Assembly (NCBI RefSeq): GCF_006345805.1
Contig: NC_042998.1
Coordinates: forward strand, 15,810,001-15,874,000
Direction of reading: 5' to 3'
Origin: Octopus sinensis
Taxonomy: Eukaryota
Length of the DNA: 64,000 nucleotides
The notes under the pieces: model-generated
What the model was told of the DNA's origin: nothing
What the model saw: the letters and a program-made list of their open reading frames with translations, nothing else
Database searches by the model: none
Made by a program: the position numbers and the translations under genes
Part shown: in pieces, positions 25,457 to 40,139 of the stretch
How the letters are laid out: each line of letters opens with the position of its first letter
Numbering within the stretch: the stretch's first letter is position 1

Positions 25457-26090
25457 TGTTTAATTTTCTTTCTTGTTACTAAGAAGCACTCGAAGTATTG
25501 ACCCAACGATTTTCTTGAAGGCAATTTTCATTTTAAATAGCTTAAGAATACATTGTATAATACTGTTCTGTATATATAGTCATTAAGATGTGTGAAGATC
25601 AAGACCAGAACAATTTTAGAAAAGCGCAAAGAGGGAATAGCTTAGCCGTGTATAACAATAAGAACAACTACAGCCACATCAAAAACAAGAATGACTATAA
25701 TACATGAAGAACACGAAAAAATTCATCAAAATTCATCAAAAATTCATCAAAATATTCTCTTACAATCTCATCCCTCTCTTTTTCTCTTGCGCTCTATCCT
25801 ACACACACGAACATGCACACGTTTGTGTGAGTGCATGTTTACATAAAAAAATCATATATAGAGAGAGCGCGATAGAAAGAGGGGGACACAGACTATTACA
25901 CAAATATAAGCAACTTAGACTATGCATCAACAGAATAGCAACGGTGATAGTAGCAACGACAAGAACAATTAGGAAAATGGAAATTTTAATATAATTGAAA
26001 TTAAGTCACAAACAATCGAGCAAAGATAAAAGGGTTCATTGCAAAGAAAGTGACCTACACACCGATACCAATGGCTAAGTGTTGTATAGG

Positions 26091-26218
<128 letters not shown>

Positions 26219-26333
26219 GTGTATGTGTATATATATATATATATGTATATATATATGTATATATATATGTATATGTATATATATTTACACACACAAATAT
26301 ATATATGTATATATATATGTGTGTGTGTGTAAA

Positions 26334-26365
<32 letters not shown>

Positions 26366-26449
26366 AATATATATGTATGTATACAATATACATACTTATA
26401 TCCTTACATAAATAAATACATACACATAGATAGATAGACAGACACACGT

Positions 26450-26536
<87 letters not shown>

Positions 26537-27062
26537 GTTTGTACTTATGTGTATGACCGCTTACATACCATACCTATATACGTAGAAATGTTATTCTCAA
26601 TATATACTAGTGAATTTCAAAAGTTATTGTTTATAGCAGCGCTCTATTGTTTTCGCCTACAATAAAACTAATTGTTTTAGTTGCAGTCGTATCAAATACA
26701 CCAGGAAAAATTGTATTTGAATATATAGTTCATTCAGTGACAATCAACACACAATGTTGGCTCTTTACGTCTTTATTATATCTTTGTTTTATAATTTCGT
26801 TACTCTTTTTGTATTTTGCTTTCGTATCCGTTCAATATTAATTTGCTTTTATTTTGTATTTCATTTTTTATGTACACCTTAATATATTGTTCTTTTTTTT
26901 CCTCACTCTTTGTAGAATATACATTATTGGTAAGTAGGTTTATTATATATATATATATATATAAATGTATAGAGAGATTCATTATATACATTTGTGTGAT
27001 TATGTGTCAACGTGTTTATGCGTACTTACATACATACATACATACATACATACACACACACG

Positions 27063-27113
<51 letters not shown>

Positions 27114-27427
27114 TATATATATGTATATATGTGTATGTATGTATGAATATATGAATATAAGTATTTCAATACAGAAAGAAAGAAGAAAGAGAGAGGGAGA
27201 AAGAGAGACACAGATAGACAGGGAGATGGAAAGATGGGGACAAACTTTTGTATATCATTGTCAGCTCGAATTGTTTTGTATTTTTTTTTTCAGGTTTAAA
27301 TATAACGAATATCAAATCATGAAAATGTTTGAATATCGTATCCTATATTTTATGTGGAGCGCGCGCACACACAGATAATAGAATAAAATAAAAAAGAACA
27401 TTTTCTCGATATATTTATATCGGTACT

Positions 27428-27491
<64 letters not shown>

Positions 27492-27965
27492 ATATATACA
27501 TATTTATATGTATGTATATATATATATGCATCTATGTATGTATATAAATATATATATATATATATACATATTTATATGTATATATATATAAATATGTATA
27601 TAAAGACAAGTATATATATATATATAAGTATAAGTAATTATATATATATAAGTATGTCGTTGGGTAGTTAAGTAGATATTCATGTGCACGAATAATGAGA
27701 AAAACATAAGGATGAGATGTACAGACAAAACTATATGCATCATTGCTATACTTCAATATTTGTCTATATCTTCACTATCATGTATTTACGTTGTTCAATA
27801 TTTTACCCATAAATATGGCTTAAATTCAAACTAAACACCAGTAAAGACAATATTCACAGACACACACACACACACACACACACATAATGCCGTTCAAGGT
27901 CATTTCAAAGAACATACCTACAGGTATACGAACACATGTATGAACACACACAATCGAATATAGTT

Positions 27966-28012
<47 letters not shown>

Positions 28013-28704
28013 TATTAATATACAAAGTCGCACAGATATATAGTACTTTATAAATTAAAGTAATTCTCTACTCTGTTCATAAAATAGCGCTCTGAGCCTT
28101 TATTTGATGCCTAATTTTCACACCTGTCTATGCATTTGTAGACGTCTTGTTGATTTGTAACGTGACTCGTGAGTAAAATCAGAATTACGTACGCTTGTTA
28201 GCGAGGATATCATTTCAGAGGACAGCTCGGTTCCTGGAAGAGAACTGACGTATTCCATTTGATGTATGAGCTCTAGGAGCAAATTTTTTTTCCAACATGA
28301 TTTGTTTTAACAATAAATGTGGCAGGTATGTATTGTTCAGTAGACGAATAATTCACAGTCCAAACTTTCATATTACATATTGCTTAAAAAATGTTGACAG
28401 GTAAGCAAAGTATTTGAAGTTTTCCACTAAAAAATGTGATTTATTCTTTATATTCTGATGTATGATTGTTTCTCTACGAATTTTTCATAGATGGAATTGT
28501 GTTACGTCTGATTCCTCAATTCAGGATACACTCGTCCTTAGATATTTTTAGTTCTTTTAGTTACTTGATTCCAGTCATTTTGGATCCACAGTGAGAATGC
28601 TATCACCGAGTACTTACATTAAGTTTGCTGTCATAATATTGACAATGTTTCCGACCCTATGTATTTTGGAGCATGGCCACATGCAAGAATGAATTCATAC
28701 ACGC

Positions 28705-28793
<89 letters not shown>

Positions 28794-28806
28794 CAGCTAC
28801 TTGTAA

Positions 28807-28856
<50 letters not shown>

Positions 28857-31800
28857 AGTTGGAGGAGGACGGGATAAACTACCTGTGTCAGCTTGCTATA
28901 AAATCAGGTTGTAATTTTATCTTGTCTTTATTGTTAGTGCAAGTTTTGAAGACTGCAGTTCGATATTAATAGTAATTTTTTTTTCAAAGCTAGAATGAAG
29001 TTGACAAAGGTGCATTTTCGGCACATTTTGTATTATTAGTCCAATTAAGGCAAAAACGCAATGGAACGGGCGAGGAATAATAATGCAATATATAGGAATT
29101 GGACAATAAGCGTAAGCCAATGTCAATGGTGGTTCAAGAAATTCGGAGCCAGAAACAACAGCCTAGAAGATGAATATTTAATAAAGTAACATTTAAGCAA
29201 TCATTGTCTACATTTGCTGTGTGATTCGAAATCAAACGATTGATTATATATTGCTGTTGTGCTTCCCTACTGCATATGTGCAGACTCATCCCTGCGAAGA
29301 AGATTGATCTGGGATTAAATATCTCATAATTTTGAAACACGAGCTTTTCTTCCAGTTGTGTTTCGGTTTTGAATACTGAGAAAGAATCGCTCAAATTAAA
29401 GTATATTATTGCCTAACCCATCGCCATTCCACGCATATTTCTTTACTTTTTATATTTGATTAGTTAGTAAGAAGGAACTGTATTCATATTTCTTTCTAAA
29501 CACGTTTGAGCAATGCGATAAAAATCCAATTAATATATGATGGACGTTAGCGGGATAAAAAAAAAAACATGAGGTCGAGGATTTTTAAATGGATGGAAGT
29601 TGTATATAGGGATTGGCCGTTGAGAGGTATGTACATTAGAGATGATAGTAGGAGATGCGGGATGTGTGGAGATGATATGAAACAAGACAAAACCGATTTT
29701 CTTTTCCACCAATGTATTACATGAGGATAAAGAATAGGACCCAGCAGGTTAGAGATATTTTGCTGCACCTCAATGATTCCATGAGTAATATGTTGACTTT
29801 GCATTTGTGATGATTTAGAAGATCCTAGTTGCATCTCTTTCCTGTGCAATGCGGGTTCTTCTAATGCTTTACTGGACTCGGGAGTAATTATGTCTTGGTG
29901 GTGTTAAAGGAGAGAAAGTTGATTTAATTCACACTCAAAGATAGTCATTAAATTTCTGTTCACATTGTAAGAGCATACTTGGTTTCTCATGTTGATAGAA
30001 TTTGGATAGGATCAGTTAGAGAGGAATAAAATATGGCATTGTCCTAGAGTTTGTGAAGAAAACGGTAAGTCATTTAATGACTAAATACTCATACGTAAAA
30101 CTGTAAAGTAAGCATAAGTAACAGAGTAAAGGAAAAAGAGATCGGGATCAGGACACTGAACGGTTTTCTAGGTTGGCAGGAACTCAATAATTGAACAAAC
30201 GCAGTCAGGTGAAGCCTACATGTTTCCCGATGGTTTTCGTTTGGGCCTAATATCTCGAGAACGGCAACTGATTTATAACTGATATACGTTATAGGAATAT
30301 TTGATCATTACATCTAGCTTTATGAAAGCGGTAGCGATCACAAACATTCATGGTGACGCATTCAAAATAATAGAAGCTGTAGAGTCAAAGGCTACATACA
30401 CAATCTTTAAAAATGTTAGAAGTGAGTGAGAACAATTTTCTCGCACTAATGGTCCATACTGAATATGTCCAGAAAGCCAACAGTTTTTTTTTTTATATTT
30501 GAAATATATAAATGTAATGTAAGATATTCGGGAGAAAATTATGCCTTAAGCTATATGTTTAAGAGCTAAATCGAAATATCTGCTGGTAACCAAATGTGAA
30601 AAACAGCACCTTCAAAAATTGTCATGGATTGAAACATGTTCATTAACAACTGGCAATGAACATTTTATAAGTTTCACAACCGTAATAGAACAATCTATCA
30701 AAGTTTGTTGCCGCGAAGGAACCATTAACTAAACTAGGTAGCATCTTATCTATAGAAAATAAACGCATTTCAATAGAGAAAAATACTTTGTAAATTGTAT
30801 GTCTCAGTGTAGCGTCAAAACTGAATGTATTTTTCACATATACACATAGTAACACCTGTATGGATTTTAGACTAGCGTTCTGTCAATACGATGCCCACGC
30901 TACCATTTGCTTCTAAAATACAGGTGCTATGTTATATTTGGTATGATTCAATGATCAATAATTGCTGAGACTCAATATTTTTACACTCAATTACTGTTCA
31001 GCTGCATCGAATTTTCACATTCATATTCGTTTTTATATGCGTATTATATGTGATTACCAGACAATTAACCTATTCTTGCAACAATAATCACCAATTCTTC
31101 TACATTGTTCAATACTGTAGGCATTCAGTTGATGAAATCGCAATCGAAATATTTTCCTATGCGATTTCAAATCAACCGTTATCTTTGTATTTTACTGTTT
31201 CCAGTCTTTCCCAGTATATTCATTGTCTATACACAATTTCATCTCCAGCAGAATTTCTTTCATATCGACTTTAGGTATATATATCAAATATTGAGCATAT
31301 TTCTGTAAATCACTGCAGAACATATGATGAAAATAATCCACTTTATTATGAAGACTGTATTAATAATACTGCTACATATTTTATATGTTAAAAGCAATGT
31401 TTACGTCGGTGGCATTTGAAATCATAACCTAAACAAACCACATAGAATACTTAGCGCTTAATCATTTTAAGAAGAATATAAAATAATAAATAAGGGACAG
31501 CACTCAATAGACAAATTGTAAATGGCTGGCATATCAATGACATTTGATTGTATTTCCTAAACGCTGTCGAATATTCTCGATATTTATTGGTTGAAGTGCA
31601 AACACTGAAGACCAAAGACATCGAAAACAAGTAAGCCTAGTATTTTGCAAGTACCTTCATAACACAATGAGTCGAAATCAAAGCATTTTCTTTGTTCCCG
31701 CCGAATCCCAGAATTTACCCGAGAATGTCGCCGTTATTCCACACAAGTAATAACGTAGAGAAAACTGAAGTGGAAATTCTATCGATCACATTATCCGAAA

Positions 31801-33649
31801 ATGTACCTGGCTGTAAGCGTTTCAAAACATTCCCGACACAAGTCTCTTCCTCTGACTTTGGATTACAGATCGGTCAGAGATGCGATGCAAGAAAACAATA
31901 ATTCACCTTGCTGGTATATTTGTATGTATCAAATTGTCATTTTATATCTGGAAATTTCAAAAGTTGTCGGAGACAGATAAACGTCTGACCAAAAGAATGG
32001 ATTCCTTCCTTCCGCAGGAAGTGGAAGAACTCTTGCTCCAAACCGATTGGAAATACCACGTAGAAATGAAGAAATCTTGCCCATTACATACGGTTAATAT
32101 GTGTGGTGTCGAAACTTCCGGCTCGGCTCATTGCAACCACATACATATCCTGTGACCTGATATCAATCCACAGGAAATCTTTCTAGTAACGACATCTCGT
32201 GCAAAACATATATGAAGACTCTAATCGCAATAATATATCGCATGGAATGAGGAAAGAGAGAAAGGGGAAGAAGAGAGAGATTGTTGGAGTTAATTGATCT
32301 ATGGCAAGTCGTAGTACCTTGGAAAATCTTTTACAACCGATTGTCCGCGTCACGTGAAAGTAGTTTCTCATTTCTCTCTATAGATATTGTTTGAATAGCA
32401 TCCACAATTTGCGTCTATCTTTCCAGGCTACATGCATTTTTTCATGCAGTTGTTTTCACTCTGCACTTATATGATTTTGTTGAATTCTATAAAGAACTCC
32501 AACTAGTCATGTAATTATCTTTCAAGAGATATAGAAATTTTACTTCTATTCATTATTTCTCACAATTTCTATCATTCTTCATTTGTCTCTTTTACATTCT
32601 CTCAATCCTATTTGGGTAGAAATCTTCAAGTAGTTCTGAATATCTCATGTATAACGCCACGATTTTCCTGTATGCACCATTAATTAGAACGCTTTCCACT
32701 CCTCACCCACTAATATTAAATCTCCAAGATTTTCATGATGTTACCAAAGACCACAGTTGCCTGATTAACCTTGTAGATCCCTGTGGACCAAATCTCACCC
32801 GTTATGGTCCTCGTGTTTTATCTACGTGTTTTGTCTTCGCACATATTTCATAATGGCCATGCCCCTATTCTGCTGGTTTCGAATTATTTATTACTGTACA
32901 GTTCTCTACCTTGTTAATGTAAAATGCTTCCTGTCATAATATCGACTTCGATTTCCATTTACTTTTTAGTCATGTTTTGTTAATTACCGATGGAACAAGT
33001 TTATCCTCGATGGAACTCGACTGGCCGTTCGTTCTAGGACATAAAATGCGTAATCTCTCCTCCCACAGCAATTATCGATAATCTAAATGACGTATGCGAT
33101 GTTTAAGTAGATTATTGCTGTTATAACTGTAACGGTATTTCTGCAATACATATTAATCCCACAGATCGGACTGGGGAAAAGGTCTATTTAATATAAGGTT
33201 ATACAGAGTCAAACCTTATTCGCTCCCGCAATCTCTGGCGTACTTTTACATCTCTCTGTCTTTTGTACCCCGCTATGATACTATCTTCTTATGGGATGGC
33301 GTAATGCTATCTCCACCGATGAAATCAGACATAATACCATAAATTCAAACATGTTGCGCTCTCATCCCGATTTTTAATGGCGCTTTTCAGAATATCGGCC
33401 ATTTATAATTCCTTACATTCTCCAGTTTTGATTTAAGAGGAGATTTACAAAGTTTCAAGAATAATATTTGCGGCGTCCGCTTCATTGAATAGTTCCTCAG
33501 CAAAGGTCATCAGAACTCCTCATTGCTCCAAACTCTCCAACGAAAGATGATTAAGTGTAAATGCGCTAGCAAGTGTTACTGCTGTTATAGTGTCACTGAT
33601 TTCTACATGAACTACTTAAAATTCATTTTAATTTCTCGTTTAATTTCTC

Positions 33650-33829
33650 GCGCAGAAGTGGTTGTGTGGTAAGTAGCTTCCTAACCAACCACATGGTTCC
33701 GGGTTCAGTCCCACTGCGTGGCATCTTGGGCAAGTGTCTTCTGCTATAGCCCCGGGCCGACCAATGCCTTGTGAGTGGATTTGGTAGACGGAAACTGAAA
33801 GAAGCCTGTCGTATATATGTATATATATA

Positions 33830-33889
<60 letters not shown>

Positions 33890-34135
33890 TATATGTGTGT
33901 GTGTGTGTTTGTGTGTCTGTGTTTGTCTCCTTAGCATTGCTTGACAACCGATGCTGGTGTGTTTACGTCCCCGTTACTTAGCGGTTCGGCAAAAGAGACC
34001 GGTAGAATAAGTACTGAGCTTACAAAGAATAAAGTCCCGGGGTCGATTTGCTCGACTAAAGGCGGTGCTCCAGGATGGGCGCAGTAAAATGACTGAAACA
34101 ATTAAAAGAGTAAAAGAGTAAAAGAGTAAAAGAGT
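33650..34135 (+). mobile_element. Full-length SINE-A
   Basis: Same layout as 24975; tail ends in (TAAAAGAG)4. Confidence 0.9.
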
Positions 34136-35008
34136 TTCATTTTTAAACAAAATTGAATATAACTTATTCTCCAACGCAAAAACAAGGAATATTATTTAGG
34201 AGAGTTAAATAATATCTGAAAGATATTTTCAACATCTGTTTGTAAAATAATCCAAAAAGCAAAAAGCAAAAAATAAAACAAAACAAACAAAGTAAGATAT
34301 TATCATGTAAAAGATAGTGATAATCCAATCACACCGGACCGCTCTCCTGAGTCCTTAATATGTTTCAAAGCACATCTGTATCAAAAGCAACAACAACAAC
34401 AACAATAGTGATGATAATATTGGATATAATCCTAATCTCTCTACTAGTACAATTATAAGTAATAATTTCGAATCTTCGTGCAATAACTGTTGAGGGATTT
34501 GTTTTTGAGTTGATATCGCTTACGAATTTGCACATTACTATGTCTTCGTTTATCAACTCACTTCCAATTATTTTGCGCATAATATCTTTTCCTGGGTTAA
34601 TATCCTGGACAGAATATATGAATTTGTAAAGAACAAATTTCTGTTATGTAGTAAGGATAGCAAAAGTTACTGAGCACCAGCTTCTAGTTGCCAAATCTAT
34701 TTCAAATAGGAAAAAATATTACTTTGAAATTTTTATAGAACCTGAATTGGAATTAATATGTAAATTAATCTACACCTTGGTATACTCGGTAAACTTATAC
34801 TTTCAGATTGTTAATTGATACATATATAAATGGTTAAGAGTATACATACAAAATGAGAAGTTTAAAAAAATATCTGCTACTGTGTGATAGGGAAACGTAT
34901 CGCAAGAACAGAACACCCGCAAATATGTAAACTGAAATTACGGAAGAAGAGGGAGTAGCTAGTATTTTGCCATATAGATTTAAAGTGTCATTCTAAAATG
35001 TAGGCAAA

Positions 35009-35404
35009 TCTTTATATATAAAAGTGAATTTGTGTGTCTGTCTCCTATGATTTAGATTTCTAACTACTCCCACATTTTGCGGTGCAGTGTAACCAAAAGT
35101 GGGTATCTTATAGTCGTGATTCATATCGAGCCCTTCTGGGTATACGCACGCGTCTACGATGAGTCTACGATTAAAAAAAAAAATTTCCATCATTTTCCCC
35201 CATTTTTAATGCATTTTTTTGCTATTATATAAGGGAAGTAACTCTCTAAAAATGTATTATTAAATCTCAGAACGTAAAAAGCTACAGTAACATCCCACCT
35301 TTGCGGTTAGCCATATTGAGATGGCTATTACACTTTACATCTCTAAAAATGCTTATATAGTTATTTCCCTTACAAACCCGAGCAACGCCGGGCGATACTG
35401 CTAG
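35009..35404 (+). mobile_element. Non-autonomous Helitron (396 bp)
   Basis: Starts A|TCTTTATATATAAAAG, ends with hairpin cccgagcaacgccggg followed 8 nt later by CTAG|T. A-T target, no TSD: all canonical Helitron hallmarks. Confidence 0.8.
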
Positions 35405-35614
35405 TATGGTATAAATCTTCTATAAACTGCATGAGATTTATAAGCGTGTTAAATGAATAATTCTCTATATTTGTATTTAAGAAATGTACTTCGCCGCGCG
35501 CGTGCACACGCACATACAGAAACATGCACACACACACACACTCACGCATGCGCATATATACATCGTACAGACGAAGTTAAATGATTGTCTGCCTACATAC
35601 ATCTATATGTATAT

Positions 35615-35812
35615 GTGACTGGTGCCAAGGTGTATCGGCCTTTGCCTTCCCCTTGCGTAATATCAGTGGCGTAGAGAGAAGAGGCTGGTATGCATGGGTG
35701 ACAGTTGGTCTTCCATAAAGTGCGATGCCTGGACTTGTACATCAATGGTAAATATCCTAGGTGCAATCCTATGGTCATTCATGACTGAAGGTGATCTTTA
35801 CCCTATGGAAAT
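35615..35812 (+). repeat. Unclassified interspersed repeat (family D), second copy at 61570-61750
   Basis: Shared ggtcttcca...ggacttgt...ctaggtgcaatc..tggtcattca.gactgaagg. Confidence 0.6.
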
Positions 35813-36244
35813 ATATATATCTGTGTGCGTGCGTGTGGGTGTGTGTGTGCGGGTGCGGGCGTGTTTGTATACATATTATATACATACGAACATGCATCTA
35901 TGAATATGTACGCGTGCGTGTATTCAAAATGACCCGGAGATCTATCCCCCGAAGTAAATAGCACGACATACATTCATTACTGAGATGGTGACAAAGCGCT
36001 GAGTTGTCGGAAGGGTTAGCACACTGGACAAAATACATTAAAATCGACATGGTCTTTAACCATTTCAAGGTCTATAAAAGGTGTACTGGGGTTGAAGGCG
36101 ATAATTTTCCCTCTTTGAAAAATACTAGACTTGTGCCGAAATTTGAAATAATTGAGATCACCTTTGTAAACTCAAAATTTGAATGAAGGCCGTCATGAGC
36201 GCATCATCATTTCTACAATGTGATAAATATTGTGTTTTACTCTA

Positions 36245-37001
36245 AGCACAAGGGCCAAAATTTTGGAGGAGGGGGCCAGTAGATTAGATTGAATTCAGTA
36301 CGCAACTGGTACTTAATTTATCGACCCCGAAAGGATGAAAGGCAAAGTCGACCTCGGAAGAATTTGAACTCAGAACGTAAAAAGAGACAAAATACCTATT
36401 TCTATTTCTTTACTACCCACAAGGGGCTAAACACAGAGAGGACAAACAAGGACAGACAAACGGATTAAGTCGATTATATCGACCCCAGTGCGTAACTGGT
36501 ACTTATTTAATTGGCATCGAAAATATGAAGTTCAAAGTCTAGCTCGGCGGAATTTGAGCTCAGAACGTAGTGGCAGACGAAATACCTATTTCTTTACTGC
36601 CCACAAGGGGCTAAACACAGAGAGGACAAACAAGGACAGACAAACCTATTAAGTCGATTATATCGACCCCAGTGCGTAACTGGTACTTAATTTATCGACG
36701 CCGAAAGGATGAAAGGCAAAGTCGACCTCGGCGGAATTCGAACACAGAACACAGCGGCATACGAAATACCTACTTATTTACTACCCACAAGGGGCTAAAC
36801 ACAGAGAGGACAAACAAGGACAGATACATGGATTAAGTCGATTATATCGACCCCAGTTCATAACTGGTACTTATTTAATCGATCCGGAAAGGATGAAAGG
36901 CAAAGTCGACCTCGGCGGAATTTGAACTCAGAACTTAACGGCAGACGAAATACCGCTAAGCATTTTGCCCGATGTGCTAACGCTTCGGACAAGTCACCGC
37001 C
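36245..37001 (-). mobile_element. Head-to-tail array of four SINE-B units
   Basis: One copy with a full tRNA-like head (37001) followed by three units that all begin at GGTATTT. Junctions at ~36395, ~36585, ~36769; the last unit has the alternative (ggccccctc..aaaattt) tail. Confidence 0.85.
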
Positions 37002-38080
37002 TTAATGTAAAAAATATAAAATGGAGACTTTACCAAGACTATGAGTTACTGAATTTAGCTATCTGTTTATACTTGTTACAAAAATCGATCTCATACGACA
37101 CAGCTGTATTGGGACTCAACACTTTTACCTCAGTTGGTCCTGACTCATGAAACATTAATTGGAAATAAAAGAACACATAAGGAAAATAACATTTAAGTGG
37201 AACTGAGATAACATCCTAAGACGTTACCGAGAACCAGATATATCTTGGTAAATCGTAGTCCTCAAGTCGAGTGGACGATGCAGTAAAGTATGACTCAGAA
37301 GGCTAATCAAGTTAGTGTTATTAAGTTCATATTGCCTGTGCTAAAAATTGCTAAAAGCTATCTAAATTATAGTGAATATGGACAGAATTGTTTGAAAAGA
37401 AGCGAAAAATATTATTAAAACTTTATTAAAATACGATAGCGGAATACTAGTATTGTTAAATAGTGTATTTTGTCATGAAATATTTATTCATATAATTTAA
37501 CGAGCCTCCTGGTGTCTCTTAATTAGTAACCTCCCGGTGAACTGAGTTTGCTACAAAGTATCGATTCACATTTAATGTCATTTATTTTCCTGCATACCTT
37601 TAATGCACTTGCACAAGTTATGGACATCAAGAGATGTCTTTTTAACCTCTGCTAAAAATATAGAACCAATGAATCTGATGAAAAGAAAACAAACTCTTTC
37701 TATGATTTTGTTGTTGTTGTTACTGTTGTCGATTTTTGCTGTTTATCCCCATATCGTCCCTGATCGAGCAGTATTATGATCAAAGGCGTTCCATCCATGA
37801 TCATACCGATGTTTTAGCAGGTATAAAGAATATTCGTCTATGTTATCCTATATGTCCTTTTTTTTCAAACGGTAGGGTTAATATGAAAGAGGTTAGACTC
37901 ATCTCTCTATTCTAGTCGTGCAATCATGCAGACGCTCGTTTGTTAGTTTATATCACAGTGTGTCACTGAGAATGATGGTGTGCGCTGAAAAGGAAGGAAG
38001 AGGCTATCTACGATACGATAAAGAGAACTTGCTTTTAGTTTAATTTTCAGATTATTAATTGTTATTATTATTATTATTAT

Positions 38081-38706
38081 TCAGTAGTTTTATTTTTTAT
38101 AGCGTGCTTTCACTTCACTACCGAGCGCAGCTCTGTGTGCCTTGGGTATGTGCTGTGATTTGTTGTGATGCTCTGATGGTTATTGTATGGAAAGTGTTCT
38201 GCGTAGGATGTGTGCAGTGCATAGTAGTGCAATTTTCTGTATGTTATATGTGTTTGTAAGTCCTGGTGTTTTTGTTATGTATTTGTCTGAATATTTTTTT
38301 ATCATGCCTAATGCACCTATTATGATAGGAATTGTTTCTGTTTTTAGATTCCACATTCTGGCTACCTCTATTTCCAGGTCTTTGTATTTTGAAAGTTTCT
38401 CCATTTCTTTTAGAGACACGTTGTCATCTGCCGGTATTGATACATCAATTAGAAAGCATTTTTTTCCTTCATGATCTCTGACAACTATATCTGGTCTGTT
38501 GGCCTTAATTTCTCTATCTGTGTGTATCGGCATATCCCATAGTATGGTTGCTTTCTCGTTTTCTGTGACCTTTTCTAGTGTGTGCCTATACCATCTTTTT
38601 TGTGTTGTTATTCCATAATGTTGACATAGCTTCCAATGTATGTACGTTCCAACTCTGTCATGTCTGTGAATATATTCCTTCTTAGCCAGGACTGGGCAGC
38701 CAGAGA

Positions 38707-38707
<1 letters not shown>
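38081..38707 (-). mobile_element. 5'-truncated R4/Dong-clade non-LTR retrotransposon (end of CCHC + restriction-like endonuclease + 3'UTR)
   Basis: ISGCPVLAKKEYIHRHDRVGTYIHWKLC...ILWDMPIHTDREIKANRPDIVVRD...FLIDVSIP...EKLSKYKDL...IGALG...TAHILRRTLSIQ*; frame uninterrupted to the stop at 38180; flanked on both sides by (TAA)n. Confidence 0.9.
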
Positions 38708-38756
<49 letters not shown>

Positions 38757-38758
38757 GT

Positions 38759-38812
<54 letters not shown>
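38708..38812. repeat. (TTA)n-(CAT)n compound microsatellite
   Basis: Direct reading; gives the poly-N/poly-D prefix of ORF 38180-38932. Confidence 0.95.
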
Positions 38813-38814
<2 letters not shown>

Positions 38815-39534
38815 TGTTATTTATCACCCCCGTCCTCGAAAATATGAGCCTGAAAGAATATAAGACATACATGACTAAGCCAACTATTGTTGAGATATAT
38901 ATGCCATATGATAAAAGAGAGAATTTAAGCAAACCGTCGTATCATTTTGGATTTTCCTCCTTAAAGCAGCGAAACGATATAACGAGGCTACCTCGGACTT
39001 ATTTTAAGAGCTACAAACATTATTCAAGTCTTAAGTTACGTGCCGTATCATGCATCACCGTGATTATCAATTATCTGGGATAAACTAAAACAGAAATGAA
39101 TACAGTAAAATACACTCCGTAACGTGTAAGTAGTTCAGAGGAAGACAAATAAATGCAGAGAATCGCAAACTGCCCGTATTGCAGGCAAGAAAGCCTTAAG
39201 TAGAGAAACCCGTTGCCTATCGACTTAGCTTGACGTTTTTGGAGTTGGTGCAGCCTGCTCCAGTAAATATTTGATACATTATCGTTCTAAATATCGCCAT
39301 AAATTGCTTTATTCTTCTTGATACGTTCACGACTGGTATTATAAAAGGCAGAAACATGTGAAATGAGAATGAAATATCAAACGCGTATTCAGATTCGTCA
39401 GTCTAAATTCTCAGTCTAAATTCCAGTTGAGACGCGTATATCTTTTTCAAAACTCCATTGCTGATAATCGAAGTACTAATATAATACAGATATTGATTTA
39501 CTTCGAATACAGTCTTCCGACAAAATGTGGTTAC

Positions 39535-39580
39535 CTTGTGTAGAAGCCAGAGATCATTGATATAATTATTTTTTCTTCAA
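39535..39580 (-). CDS. Possible 46-nt micro-exon (phase 1 to 2)
   Basis: cttccttcgcatggacag|TTGAAG...CACAAG|gtaacc; reads EEKIIISMISGFYT and is phase-compatible with exon 24849. Short and easily spurious. Confidence 0.2.
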
Positions 39581-40139
39581 CTGTCCATGCGAAGGAAGTG
39601 AGAATGAACACTATAGAGCCAAAGTAACTACATTAGAGCATGAGGTATGTCTTTATTCTCTAAGTTAAAAAGCTGTCGGGGTCGGCTTGTGAAAGTATCT
39701 CCGTTGTAATTAGAAAAGCTTCCTGGGTCAGCTTTACATATTTATTCTTCTGTAATCTCTGCAATAAATAGCAAAATATACAACATTCAATTCAGTCAAC
39801 TGTAAACCTACCTTACTAGTTACAATTGGCGATGTGCTTACGTCAGAGTCCAATATTTTGATGCAGGTTGCTATTCATAGTATCTATGATATCATTTGAC
39901 TCAGACGAACTAAAGTATGTAGGCTGGAGATTATATTATTTGAAGAACGTGTCCGTTTCATATTCTGGATTGGATTCGATGGTGTTAGGTTGATTGATTT
40001 TTTTTCTCCGTTGAAAAGGAAAGAAAAGAAAAGCTATTGCAACATTATATGTTGAAGGAATGCATTGATTTCATTGGATATGAAAGAAACTAAGTTTATT
40101 TCCAGTCTGTTGAAGATATATTTCTCTTTGATCATTCAC

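Noticed and set aside
31690-33600. Higher-complexity block with protein-like fragments (e.g. LSETDKRLTKRMDSFLPQEVEELLLQTDW)
   Set aside because: Probably an ancient decayed element, but I found no diagnostic motif to classify it.
38708-38932. N-terminal part of the 250-aa ORF (poly-D/poly-N)
   Set aside because: Microsatellite read-through fused to the truncated Dong fragment, not a real protein start.
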